Origin: Octopus vulgaris
Lineage: Eukaryota
NCBI GenBank assembly: GCA_951406725.2
Contig: OX597819.1
Coordinates: forward strand, 95,604,001 to 95,668,000
Direction of reading: 5' to 3'
DNA: 64,000 nt
Every line of letters starts with the position of its first letter. Position 1 is the first letter of the stretch. The notes under the pieces are model-generated. The model ran no database searches. It had not been told where the DNA came from and saw nothing but the letters and a program-made list of their open reading frames with translations. Made by a program: the position numbers and the translations under genes. Positions 13,032 to 25,739 of the stretch are shown piece after piece.

Positions 13032-14332
13032 TCAACCTGTCTTGAATTCCTCTGTTATTGCCTGGAGGGCTATGATGAATAAAAGGAGACTGAGGGCTGA
13101 TCCTTGGTGGACCCCTACTTCTACCTGGAATTCTTCACTATACTCATTGCCGATCCTAACCTTACTATTGGCCTCTCTGTATAGGGCCTGTACAGCCCTT
13201 ATTAACCATTCGTCTATTCCCAGTTTCTGCATTGCCACCAAATAAGGGATCGGGGGACCCTGTCAAAGGCTTTCGCCAAGTCCACAAAAGTTAAGTATAG
13301 GGGTTTATCTTTAGCTAGGTATTTCTCCTGCAGTTGTCAAACCAGGAATATAGCATCAGTAGTGCTTCTACCTGGCACAAAAACCGAACTGCATCTCATC
13401 TAATCAGATTCTCTCCCTAATGAGATGGGTTATGACACTCTCCATGACCTTCACCTGATCCAGCAGTTTGATACCCCTGTAGTTATTTCTGTCTAGAGCA
13501 TCGCTTTTACCCTTGTAGCAGTTGGCTATGGTGCTGCTATGCCAGTCATTGGGTATGACTCCATCATGAACTACATGGTTTACAATGCAGGTGACTAAAC
13601 CATAGCCCACACCACCAGATATTTTAAGCATCTCAGCAGTGATTCCTGATGGGCCGGGGGCTTTTCCTGGCTTCATACCCTTAATTGCTTTATCCACCAG
13701 GGAGCAGTCTATTCAGATAGCTGGTCCCTCTACTGAGTCAACATCTGGCAGGCTCTCCTCCTCCTATTTATTCTCCAAATTCAGTAGTATTTTATAGTGT
13801 CTTCTCCAGCCTTTCTTTTCAAAATCATTAAAAGCAAGTGCACCATCATCCATGTGGACACATTTCTCTCCTGTGACATCACAATTTTCTCTCACACACC
13901 TGGGAGGGTCTTTGTATTTAAGAGCAACCCTGCGTCCTGCTGTCTGGTGAGGATGAAATCAATCTGGCTAGCAGAGTCACCTGATTGATAGGTTATCAGA
14001 TGGATGTCTGGTTTCCTGAAGTTAGTGTTGCAGATTAAAAGGTTACAAGCATGACAGAACTCTAGTAGGCTAATTCCCTCATCGTTTCGGGAACCAATAC
14101 TATGACCCCCGCGTACACCAGTGAAGATACCGGATTGTCGTCCAACATGCCCATTAAAATCTCCAGCTGCAAAGATAAGGTCATTGCCACTCATCTTAGA
14201 AGTAGCCTGTAGAAGGGTATCATAAAAATGGTCCTTCTGATCATTTGGTAGGCCCGCTTGTGGGGCATAGGCAGAGATAATTGTAGCTGTGCTGTTCTGC
14301 AGGACTAGCCTGAGCTTAAGCACTCTATCGCA
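13032..14332 (-). mobile_element. RTE LINE fragment (AP endonuclease plus RT), internally deleted
   Basis: ISAYAPQAGL, AGDFNGHVG, SQIDFIL; GKAPGPSGITAEMLK, NYRGIKLL; VGVHQGS. Confidence 0.92.
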
Positions 14333-14469
14333 TAGGAGTGTTTAGTATAGAATACATTCATAGTGTTCATGGCCGATGAGATATTAAATTAGAGAAACGA
14401 GGAATTAGATATTAAACAGGTCAAGAAGCAAGTAATTATCCTAATTTAATTAGTTAGTAAACATATGAT

Positions 14470-14960
14470 GCCTTTCTTGCACAAAACATCTGATGTCTCT
14501 TATACCCAGTTTTCTTCTTAAATTATTTTCTCATATGTGCACACCAACATTACCAATCCAGAAGAGCATGCTGGCTTCATTTTTTTCAAACCTTTGCAAG
14601 TCCTCTGTAGTCATAGCCCATGTCTCACTGCCCTATAGCATAGCTGTACATAGACATGCGTCATATAATCAGCCTTCCACTCAAAGGGAGAGGCCCTTAG
14701 TTATCAACAAAGGTAGAAACTCTCTGAACTTTGCCCAGCCAGTTCTAATCAGCTATGCTTTCAGAACTTCCTTCTCCACTGCTAACTTCATCACCTAGGT
14801 AACAGAAGCTACCTAATACTTCTAAGGACACCCAACCACCCCAAGTTTTAGAGGAAGTCTATTTGCTGCATATTTTTAGTACCTATTTTATGCACATATT
14901 TGCCACACACAAAACTATTTTCTCTATTAACCTTCCTGTGATACCACTACACTTCTTATG
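14470..14960 (-). mobile_element. Degraded RTE LINE RT C-terminal fragment
   Basis: Homologous to 20440-20960 (WAKFRE..PLLITKGLSL...LYDACL). Confidence 0.75.
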
Positions 14961-14984
14961 TGGCTATGCGTGTGTGTGTGTGTG

Positions 14985-15390
14985 TAGGAGTGACTGTGTG
15001 GTAAGTAGCTTGCTTACCAACCACATGGTTCTGGGTTCGGTCCCACTGCGTGGCACCTTGGGTGTCTTCTACTAGAGCTTCGAGCCGACCAAAGCCTTGT
15101 GAGTAGATTTGGTAGATGGAAACTGAAAGAACCCCGTTGTATATATGTATATATATATATATGTGCATGTGTGTGTATATGTTTGTGTGTCTGTGTTTGT
15201 CTCCCCAACATTGCTTGACAACCAATGCTGGTGTGTTTACGTCTCCGTAACTAAGCAGTTTGGCAAATGAGACCGATAGAATAAGTACTAGGCTTACAAA
15301 GAATAAGTCCTGGGGTCGATTTGCTCGACTAAAGGCAGTGCTCCAACATGCCCACAGTCAAATGACTGAAATATGTAAAAGAGTAAAGAG
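14985..15390 (+). mobile_element. tRNA-derived SINE (family A)
   Basis: Same family as 1138-1478; B-box GGTTCGGTCCC. Confidence 0.85.
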
Positions 15391-15392
15391 TG

Positions 15393-15435
<43 letters not shown>

Positions 15436-15436
<1 letters not shown>

Positions 15437-15820
15437 GAGACGCAATGGCCCAGTGGTTAGAGCAGCGGACTCGCGGTCATAGGATCGCGGTTTCGATTCC
15501 CAGACCGGGCGTTGTGAGTGTTTATTGAGCGAAAACACCTAAAAGCTCCACGAGGCTCCGGCAGGGATGGTGGTGATCCCTGCTGTACTTTCACCACAAC
15601 TTTCTCTCACTCTTACTTCCTGTTTCCGTTGTACCTGTATTTCAAATGGCCGGCCTTGTCAATCTCTGTGTCACGTTGAATATCCCCGAGAACTACGTTA
15701 AGGGTACACGTGTCTGTGGAGTGCTCAGCCACTTACATGTTAATTTCATGAGCAGGCTGTTCCGTTGATTCGGATCAACCGGAACCCTCGTCGTCGTAAC
15801 CAACGGAGTGCTTCCACCCA
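15436..15820 (+). mobile_element. tRNA-derived SINE (family B) with well-preserved Pol III boxes
   Basis: A-box TGGCCCAGTGG, B-box GGTTTCGATTCCC, about 310-bp unique body, flanked by microsatellites. Confidence 0.75.
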
Positions 15821-16227
15821 TATATATATGTATAAGAAAAAGCAAATGGAGATTGGAAAGTTAATAATTGTTTATTATTAACAGCAAATCAATCATCATC
15901 CCTTACAGCGGTTTCAATTAATACTCAGTAAATATTAAATATATTTATAATATCTGCAGAGGGAAAAAGATATACCCATGGATATTTTACGTGTTTATGG
16001 ATTCATGATACAGTTTATGATTTGCATTGTTATATGTTTGTGTGTGGCGTTTACAGGTTGATTGGAGATAAGAGAGTAGATAAATAGAATTAGAATAAAT
16101 TAAATAGAGATGATAGAGGAAATTTAAATATAAATAAGGTAAGTTTATAGTTGATAAAAGAATGGAATATTCGTTTATAAGGTATAAAGAAAGTTATCAA
16201 AATGTGTGGATATGCAAGTACGCACAT

Positions 16228-16270
<43 letters not shown>

Positions 16271-16275
<5 letters not shown>

Positions 16276-17252
16276 GTAGTTGATAGCTTCCGCTACCTAG
16301 GTGACCAAGTCAGTAGCGGGGGCGGGTGTGCTGAAAGTGTAACTGCTAGAGTAAGAATAGCCTGGGCAAAAGGCCTCTCGCTCAAAGTAAAAGGCAGACT
16401 GTATGATGCATGTGTACGTACAGCCATGCTACATGGTAGTGAAACTTGGGCTGTGACTGCTGAGGATTTGCGTAAGCTCGCAAGAAATGAAGCTAGTATG
16501 CTCCGATGGATGTGTAATGTCAGTGTTCATAATCGACAGAGTGTAAGTACCTTGAGAGAAAAGTTGGACCTAAGAAGCATCAGTTGTTGTGTGCAAGAGA
16601 GACGATTGCGCTGGTATGGTCATGTGGTGAGAATGGATGAAGATAGGTGTGTGAAAAAGTGCCACACTTTGGCAGTTGAGGGGACCTGTGGAAGAGGTAG
16701 ACCCAGGAAAACCTGGGATGAGGTGGTGAAGCACGACCTTCGAACTTTAGGTCTCACCAAGGAAATGACTAGAGACCGAGACCTATGGAAGTATGCTGTG
16801 CGTGAGAAGACCCGGCAAGACCAGTGAGAACAGTCAAAATCAAAATCAAACCAAATCAAATCAGATATCAGAAAGCAGAACCAAAATTGAGGTCGATCAA
16901 CATCAGTGGAAGTTGCAGCTGTGGTTAAGCGAACCATCCGATCGTGGCCGTTGCCGGCGCCGCCCCGTCTGGCCTCCGTGCCGGTGGCACGTAAAAGCAC
17001 CATCCGTTCGTATCCGTTGCCAGCCTCCCCTGGCCCCCGTGCCGGTGGCACGTAAAAGCACCATCCGTTCGTATCCATTGCCAGCCTCCCCTGGCCCCCG
17101 TGCCGGTGGCACGTAAAAGCACCATCCGCTAGTGTCCGCTGCCAGCCTTGCCTGGCCCCCGTGCCGGTGGCATGTAAAAGCACCATCCGTTCGTGTCCGT
17201 TGCCAGCCTCACCTGGCCCCCGTGCTGGTGGCACGTAAAAGCACCATCCGTT
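16271..17252 (+). mobile_element. 5'-truncated RTE LINE: RT C-terminus to stop at 16827, then 3' UTR with a 61-bp tandem array
   Basis: EVVDSFRYLG, LYDACVRTAMLHGSETW, RLRWYGHVVRM, RGRPRKTW; 5' end abuts a (TA)n tract. Confidence 0.92.
16930..17252 (+). repeat. Minisatellite, 61-bp unit, about five copies
   Basis: CCGGTGGCACGTAAAAGCACCATCCG recurs with a 61-bp period. Confidence 0.92.
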
Positions 17253-17774
17253 CTGGGTTCAAATTCCAGCCGAGGTCGACTATGCCTTTCATCCTTTCGG
17301 GGTCGATAAATTAACTACCAGTTACGCACTGGGGTCGATGTAGCCTTCGGCTTCGACCCCAGTTAATCCCCCATGTCTGTCCTTGATGATGATGTCCCCT
17401 CTATGTTTATACACACACATACATATATGTATGTGCACGTCCATATATATATATATATATATATATACATAGCGACACGTGCATATACTCACACATATAC
17501 AGACATCCACTCGTACACACATTCCTGCTGGCCTATTTGGAACCCACAAGACAAGTCACTTGCTATCGATAGTCGAAGGGAGGTAATCCGCTGTTGTTGA
17601 CTGAGTAACGAGGTCTTTCCTCCTTCGTCTTCCACATTCTAAGGTGGCCTTAAGCGAACAGGTTTTGGGATCTGATGATATGCCATAAAGCTAAGTGTTT
17701 TATGGGCGTGAAAGCCAGGATAATCCCATAAATCGGCCTTATCATGTGTGAATATATTTTTATATATGTATGTA

Positions 17775-17811
<37 letters not shown>

Positions 17812-18024
17812 TAACATATGAATATCTATACATGCGTGTATATATATATGTGTGTATATATGTATAAATATACATATATGTATGTATACATAACATATAT
17901 TTATATATGTATACATACATATATATATATATGTATACATACATATAACGGGAAGCTTTATGAAAATAGACAAAAGACGAAGGCAGGTTTATGGAAATAA
18001 ACAAAAGACGAAGGCAGGTGGAAT

Positions 18025-18430
18025 ACAAGTATATGTATACATACATACATATATATATGTATACATACATATATATATGTATACATACATATATATATAT
18101 ATATGTATACATACATACATATATGTATACATACATATATATATATATGTATACATACATACATATATGTATACATACATACATATATGTATACATACAT
18201 ATATATATATATGTATACATACACATATATATATATATGTATACATACATACATATATGTATACATACATACATATATGTATACATACATACATACATAC
18301 ATATATGTATACATACATACATACATATATGTATACATACATATATGTATACATACATATATGTATACATACATATATGTATACATACATACATACATAC
18401 ATACATACATACATACACATATATATATAT
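18025..18430 (+). repeat. Compound (TACA)n/(TA)n microsatellite
   Basis: Direct observation; source of many spurious ORFs. Confidence 0.95.
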
Positions 18431-19112
18431 CATCATCATCATCGTTTAACGTCCGCTTTCCATGCTAGCATGGGTTGGACGGTTCAACTGGGGTCTGGCA
18501 AGCTCGAAGGCTGCACCAGGCCAGTCAGATCTGGCAGTGTTTCTACAGCTGGATGCCCTTCCTAACGCCAACCACTCCGAGAGTGTAGTGGGTGATTTTA
18601 TGTGCCACCGACACAGGTGCCAGACGAGGCTGGCAGACGGCCACGCTCGGATGGTGTTTTTATGTGCCACCGACACAGGTGCCAGACGAGGCTGGCAGAC
18701 GGCCACGCTCGGATGGTGTTTTCTTATGTGCCACCGACACAGGTGCCAGACGAGGCTGGCGAACGGCCACCCTCGGATGGTGTTTGTTACGTGCCCACAG
18801 CACGGAGGCCAGTTGATGCGGTACTGGCTACGGTCACGTTCGGATGGTTTTCTTATGTGCCACCCACAAGGATACAGATTCCATTGATGTTCATCTATTT
18901 TTATTTGGTTTGATTTGATTTGATTTGATTTGGATTTTGATTTTGATTTGGATTTTCACTTGCCTCAACAGGTCTTCACAAGTGTCACAAGGAGGAAGGT
19001 ATGCACAGGTGGACTGACTACGTCCCAGGTAGGGGCCATGGGTTATGGCTTCACTAGTCTTGTCGGGTCTTCTCACGCACAGCATACTTCCATAGGTCTC
19101 GGTCTCTAGTCA
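18431..19112 (-). mobile_element. RTE LINE 3' end with about 62-65-bp tandem units and (GAT)n tail
   Basis: DRDLWKYAVREKTRQD* then 3' UTR ending AAACGATGATGATG on -. Confidence 0.9.
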
Positions 19113-19549
19113 TATATATATATATATAAAGGTGGAGAAGAGGCTGTGTCGAAAGTAGCTTGCTTACCAACCACATGGTTCCAGGTTCAGTCCCACTGCA
19201 TGGCACCTTCGGCAAGTGTCTTCTTCTTCTACTATAGCCTCAGGCCAACCAAACCCTTGTGAGTGGATTTGGCAAACAGAAACTGAAAGAAGCCCGTCGT
19301 ATATATGTATAAAGTTACAGGGTTTAATACCTCTAAGGGATAATTAAATCCAGAGTCACTCCTGGCTATTAGCTGGGTAGGTACAGTCTCTTGTAAGACT
19401 GTACAGTAGCAAGTGGTTCGGTTGGTAAACTGGAGTTTAGGTTATATGAGAAGAAAAGGAATATAATAACAATGGGAAACTCGTGGTTTATGCTGGCATG
19501 TCTTTAATTAAATAGGTAACAAAGAGGTAAGAAGCAGAGATGATGGTGG

Positions 19550-19598
19550 CATTTACAATTGTTTCGATTTACTGGAGTAAGTAAATCTCTTCAGAATG
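19550..19598 (-). ncRNA. Intact minimal type I hammerhead ribozyme in a Penelope-like repeat (about 19310-19800)
   Basis: CATT-CTGAAGA-GATTTACT-tactcc-AGTAAATC-GAAA-C-AATT-G-TA-AATG: 4-bp stem I, 8-bp stem II, palindromic loop 3. Confidence 0.8.
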
Positions 19599-19804
19599 TG
19601 AGTACAGATAGATGCATCAGTTAGGATGCGAAAATGATTGATACATTTGTGATGGTAATGTAAATAAAGTGGTAATTCTTACATTGAAATTTTGTTCTTG
19701 CACTGGTAAATTCACTGGGTAGAGGTTTGCTTGCGGTAGATTGGTTAGTTTCATTGGGTAATTAGGGCGAGGTGAAACTTATTTAGGTGCGGGTTACATC
19801 ACCA

Positions 19805-21090
19805 TCATCGTTCAATGTCTGTTTTTCATGCTAGCACAGGTTGGACGATTCGACCGGGGTCTGGGAAGCCAGGAGGTTGCACCAAGCTCTAGTCTGATCT
19901 GGCAGTGTCTCTACGGTTGGATGCCCTTCCTAATGCCAACCACTCCGTGACTGTAGTGGGTGCTTTTATGTGCCACCAGCACAGAAGCCAGTCAAGGCAG
20001 CGCTGGCATCGGCCACGTTCGAATGGTGCTTTTTACGTGCTACCAGTACAGGTATCACAACTACAATTTCCATTTGATTTTTTGATTTTTATGTTGATGT
20101 ACTTGACTCAATAGGTCTCCTCAAGCACAGCAGATCATCCTACGATCCAAGGTAAGTACAGTAGGCTATCCTGCGACCCAAGGTACTTTGGATGGGCTGG
20201 GATTGCTATGTGAAGCTGGTGCTAGAAACAGCCATGAACTCACTTTATTTGTCAGGTCCTCGAAGTCACAGCATATCAACAGAGATCTGTCTTTCATCAT
20301 TGCCTCTGTGAGGCCCAACATTCGAAGGCCATGCTTGACTACCTCATCCCATGTCTTCCTGGGTCTACCTCTACCCAGGATTCCTTCAACTGTTTGGGAG
20401 CGGCACTTCTTCATACATCTCTCCTCATCCATCCGTAGTACATGACCATACCAGCACAAATGTCTCTCTTGCATGCCACATCTGATGCTTATGTCCAGTA
20501 TTTCTCTCAGGATACTTACACTTTGTCGTGTGTACACACTAACATTACACATCCAGCGGATCATGCTAGCTTCATTTCTTTCAAGCCTACGCATGTCCTC
20601 TGCAGTCACAGCCCATGTTTCACTACTGTGAAGCATGGCAGTTCACACACACGCATCGTACAATCTACCTTTCACTCTGACCAAGAGACCCTTTATCACC
20701 AGTAGGGGTAGAAGCTTTCTAAACTTTGCCCAGGCTATTCGTATTCAAGTGGTGACACTCTCTGAGCATCCACCTCCACTACTAACTTGGTCACCTAGGT
20801 AGTGGAAACTATCAACTACTTCTAGTTTCTCCCGCTGGAGTGTGATGGAATCCGTTTTCTGAGCACCTGTGGTGTCTATTGCCCCTGTGCATCTGCCGCA
20901 CACAGAAGCTATCTTCTTGGTTAATTTTCCTTTGATGTTGCTGTACCTCTTATGCATCCATAGCTTACACTGGGTACATCTTATGGAGTTTCTACCTACA
21001 CCTTTTCTACAGATCGAGCAGGGCCACCTACCTGAGGGGTGTGTGATGAGTTTGCCTTCCTACTTACTATAACTTTGGTCTTTGCTCTCA
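19805..21090 (-). mobile_element. RTE LINE 3' portion (RT C-terminus with Cys-rich insert, 3' UTR)
   Basis: ORFs 20745-20957 and 20166-20636; 3' UTR like 18431-18600. Confidence 0.9.
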
Positions 21091-21899
21091 TTTAATTAAG
21101 CACGTTGGTGGTATTTACAATTGTTTTGATTTACTGGAGTAAGTAAATCTCTTCATTTGTGTCTTTCATTGTTTGAAAGAAAAATTCATCTATTTACTGG
21201 ACCATGGTTTCTGACTTTTTTTAGCAAATAAAATAATTTGCCAGGTGAAGTCTTTGTCAACAGGTACGCCAAGATTAAACATATAAACATGAAGCCAATC
21301 CAGTATGTGTCTCTTGCTTGTACATTTTAATTTTTTCAAATCCACCGCAAAAGCGCAGTTTTTTGTTGGCAGCAAAAAAATGCTGGCAATTTCTTCCAAC
21401 AAATTTTCCAGAAATCATTATACATAATATCAGGGTAATAAAGATTTTAGAAATTTTTACTACCAGTGGCCTAGCATATAGAAAAATTATTCAATAGACT
21501 TTATATTATTCTTATAAAATACAGTATACATTTAATCACATTAAGAGGTATCCATCATAGGACTCCCTTACGTTAGAAGGAACAGCTAAAGTCCAAACCA
21601 CTAATTAAGGATAAATTCTCAAAGGGAATGAAAAATAAATACATCTACCATCTATTTACTGGACCATGGCTTCTGACTTTTTTAGCAAATAAAATAATTT
21701 GCCATATATGTGTCTGTCTGTGTGTATATAAATGTGTATGTATGTGTATGTATATGTATATGTTTATATATATATGTATACATAAATGTATATCTATATA
21801 TGTGTGTGTGTATGTGAATGTGTGTCTGTATACATATATGTATGTGTGTGTATATATATATGTATATGTATGTATATATATCTATATGCATATATACAT

Positions 21900-21935
<36 letters not shown>

Positions 21936-21974
21936 TATATTTATACACACATATATATGTGTATATATACATAT

Positions 21975-22530
21975 ATGTAAACACGGTTATAGAGCATGCT
22001 TATCGATGTAAACACTGGCAGAAACACACCTTTAGTTTATATAAATGATATCTACAATTCTATGTAATTTAAACATTGATTTTCTTCTTACACTTCACTT
22101 CCACTAGATATATCTTTTTCCAAGACTTTAGGGTTTTATTTAATTCACATATCATTCTATATTTCTCATTCATTTGGTTTCTGATTTTTTCTTTCCTTTA
22201 CACCTCTTTCTATAGGCTACCTTTGACATTATATCCTCTAACATTTTTTTAAAAAACTTAACAGCATTCAGTTCATTACTATACATATCCATCATATTCT
22301 GTTAAAATGTCTTATTGATGAGTTTTATTTCTTCATTTCCCTGAAGAGATTACATTGTTTTACACCATTTTATTCCTGTGGAATAATACTAATGATATCT
22401 TTGAAACATGTTGGAAGTAAAAGAATTTTAATAACACCTGCGTTTAACATCATTTATTTATTTATATATATTATACAAAATATTTCACATAAACCCAGAG
22501 TTTCTACCTTTAAAAACAAGGTGTTACACC
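21975..22530 (+). mobile_element. Penelope-like 3' end (same family as 31365-32085) with a decayed hammerhead at 22335-22416
   Basis: [10 protein letters not shown]-terminus; CTGAAGA...GAAACATG. Confidence 0.7.
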
Positions 22531-22566
22531 CTTTTTATATAAATGAAGATATATCTATATATAAAT

Positions 22567-22691
<125 letters not shown>

Positions 22692-22767
22692 AAATAAGGA
22701 AATGGAGAAATACATCATCATCATCATCATCATTTAATCATGCTAGCATCCCTGGGAGATAATATAA

Positions 22768-23060
22768 TACCCAATCACATAATTTATTAAACCACTACAT
22801 ATGAACATTAAGGTCAAGCATAATAATATAGAACAAAACAACGTACATCAATGAGTAATAAGATATAATAAATACAGTATGTATAAGTGAATATAAATAA
22901 ATACAAATAATATATTTTTATTTGTATTTATTTATATTCACTTATACATACAGTACTTATTATATCTTATTACTCATTGATGTATATTGTTTTGTTCTAT
23001 ATTATTATGTTTGACCTTAATGTTCATATGTAGTGGTTTAATAAATTATGTGATTGGGTA
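22768..23060. repeat. Near-perfect AT-rich hairpin with about 140-bp arms and a short spacer
   Basis: Arms are reverse complements about 22913; outer arms 22687-22716 and 23080-23110 also pair. Confidence 0.9.
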
Positions 23061-23280
23061 CTATCTGGTAGTTGATTAAGATGTATTTCTCCATTTCCTT
23101 ATTTTGTATTATTAATTTGTGGTAAAACATTTTACCTTTGCCCATATAATACAGTGAATGAATTAATTGCATCGCAATTCTTAACATTTATGTATTAACT
23201 TTTTTTGGTGCTTTACTAGCAGTATATTGGATACATGTTATCCCATGGTGGGTTACACTCACAACCCCTATCTCAATTTG

Positions 23281-23452
<172 letters not shown>

Positions 23453-23454
23453 TT

Positions 23455-25130
23455 GATAAAAATGGTAAGACAACAAAAGAAAGAAAGAGACCTCAATATT
23501 ATGTAAATAGAGGAATTTATCTGTAAATATAATATGTGACAATTATTCAGTAGCCATGATAAAACTCCGAGTTTCGGATGCCGAGGTGGAAATCCACGCT
23601 GCCATCTCTTCAGTTATCCGGCCATTGGAAAAATGCTATGAGAAATGACCGTTATACAAAGGGAAATTACTGTGTGATTGACCATTATTAAGGCAAAAGA
23701 GCTATTCGAATGACCGCTAAGTATGGAGAGGGAGTAAAAAAGTTCATAGTATTCGCGTAAGCATGCCTGTTCATACCTACACATGTGTGCCTGCATACCC
23801 ACATATACATTCATCCACCCTCACTTGAAAACACATATCCTCACTCTCATCCTTCGCTAAATGTATATGTATATACATACAAACCCACACATACGCACAC
23901 ACGGTGACCGTCAATAAAGGCAAGTATTTCTTAGCACTTATAGATAGACATTTTCCAGTCAACCACACTAAAAGGAAGTTCTTCAATAGACACAACTTAA
24001 AAATCAGTTTCAGCTCAACTACCAATTTTAAAAATATAATCGCACACAACACACAAAAACCACAATACGAAACCAGCAGTTCATGCAGGGATAAAAATTT
24101 GTGCCTGCTAAATGGAGCTTGCATGTCCGAGACCATCATTTACGAAGCCACCATGGACTCTAAACCCATGAAGAAATATGTGGGCCTTACAGAGGGTAAT
24201 TTCAAGGCCAGGTTCAATAATCACACCTTGAGCTTTAGGCACTGGGATAAAAGGAAAACAACCAAATTATCCAGTCACATATGGTCATTAAAAGATAAAG
24301 GTGTCAGTTACAACATCCATTGGAAGATTTTAGCTAAGCGCAAGCCCTACACCAACAGCAGTGGAAAGTACGGTCTATGTGATATGGAAAGATGGCTCAT
24401 CTGGAAAAGCAGCTTAGACCCAGCTACATGTCTGAATTCAAGATCTGAACTTTTCGGTTCATGCCCATACGTGGCCAAATATGTTACGTTTTTGGTCCCC
24501 CGAGACTATAGATAGAACTTGCTTTCTATATTGTGTCCACGCACAAGCTTTCTATCTCTTTATACCTTTTATTTATATTTCTTATATATATATATTTTTT
24601 TTATTTATATTTTTTATACATATATTTCTTACATATTTATAGATATTGGTTTGTAGGTTTATTGCTTATATATTTTTTACACATATTTTTTCTGTATTCT
24701 ACCTTCCACCCTGCATTTTTCCCTGTGCGTATATAGACATGTATATGGAATCTTTTGTGCCCGCGTGTGTGGGTATGGGTATATAGACGTATGTGTGATC
24801 CTTTTTGTGCGTGCGTGTGTGTGTGTGTATATAGATGTGTGCGGGTATGTGTGTATATAGGCGTGTGTGTGTGCGTGCATTAGGGTATATGAGTATACAG
24901 ACGTGGTTTACTCTTTGTATACTCCCTTGTGCCTTTTTTCTGTATTGTTACCTTGTGCTTGTGCGTATATAGACGTGCGTCTGAAGATTTAAGGTGCGTG
25001 TGTGGGGGTTTGTATGTATATACATATACATTTGGTTAAGGATGAGAGTGAGGATGTGTACGTTTTCAAGTGAGGGTGGATGAATGTATACTTTTAGGAA
25101 CACGCACGCGGGTATGCGGGCGCACCCAAA
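23455..25130 (+). mobile_element. Penelope-like element: inverted 5' pseudo-LTR (23455-23903), truncated ORF with GIY-YIG endonuclease (23904-24515), 3' pseudo-LTR
   Basis: CRDKNLCLLNGAC, IIYEA, KYVGLTEGNFKARFNNHTLSF, TKLSSHIWSLK, LNSRSELFGSCP; 23790-23900 is the inverse of 24995-25125. Confidence 0.88.
23558..23618 (-). ncRNA. Type I hammerhead ribozyme in the inverted pseudo-LTR
   Basis: GATAA-CTGAAGA-GATGGC...GGCATCC-GAAA-CTCGGAG-TT-TTATC; 5-bp stem I. Confidence 0.65.
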
Positions 25131-25739
25131 CCTTTCCCACCCCACTCATAACCTCTGCGACCCACCCTTCCCCCTCCTACACTTGCAAAAAAGAAAAAAG
25201 AAACACATACACAAGAAAGAACAAAGAGATCTCCCCAAGAAGTGAATTACGTTTACATATCGACAAACAGAGAAAATACGGAACTAATTCAAAAAGTAAC
25301 AAGCTGGAAAACAAGCAAGATTTGTGAATACTGAAAAATATCATGAAAATCTAGGGTGGCACTTGTGTTGTGTGTATTGATCTCAGAAGCACAAATGGAA
25401 GAAATTAAAAAGTATAAAAAGGGTGTGAAGATGTGGAGAATACATGAGGACATTAAAAAACATATCGGACAATATTGAATGTGAGGATCTGTTGCAAAAA
25501 TATGGGATCGACGTGAAGAAAGGACTCCAATGGAATAAGTGATGCTGCTTGTGATGGGGCAGCAGCTCATTTCCATTTTCACATTTCATTTTCATTTCAT
25601 ATTATCATTTTTATAATTTTATTTGTAATTTTATTTTAAGTTGTGTTATATGTCCCCACATGTCTTTGTGTTGTCCCATCTATGTTGGTCCCTTGTGGGC
25701 AATAAAAATAATCAATTCATACTTAGTGGAAGTTTTGAA

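Noticed and set aside
15436-15512. tRNA-like sequence with A and B boxes
   Set aside because: The acceptor stem does not pair and there is no T-run terminator; it continues into a SINE body.
16162-16827. 221-aa ORF as a host gene
   Set aside because: Chance read-through of AT-rich and (TA)n sequence into a truncated RTE RT C-terminus.
16930-17252. Regularly spaced repeats resembling a CRISPR array
   Set aside because: Whole 61-bp units repeat with no unique spacers; eukaryotic context, no cas genes; part of an RTE 3' UTR.
17639-18565. Many long overlapping ORFs rich in Y/I/M/C/V/H/T (also 3462-4005, 21628-22048, 22392-22737, 23235-23417)
   Set aside because: Translations of (TA)/(CA)/(TACA) microsatellites, which lack stop codons; not genes.
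21188-21703. About 55-bp direct repeats at 21188-21243 and 21648-21703 suggesting LTRs
   Set aside because: No TG...CA ends, primer-binding site or TSD; more likely a Penelope-type partial tandem duplication.
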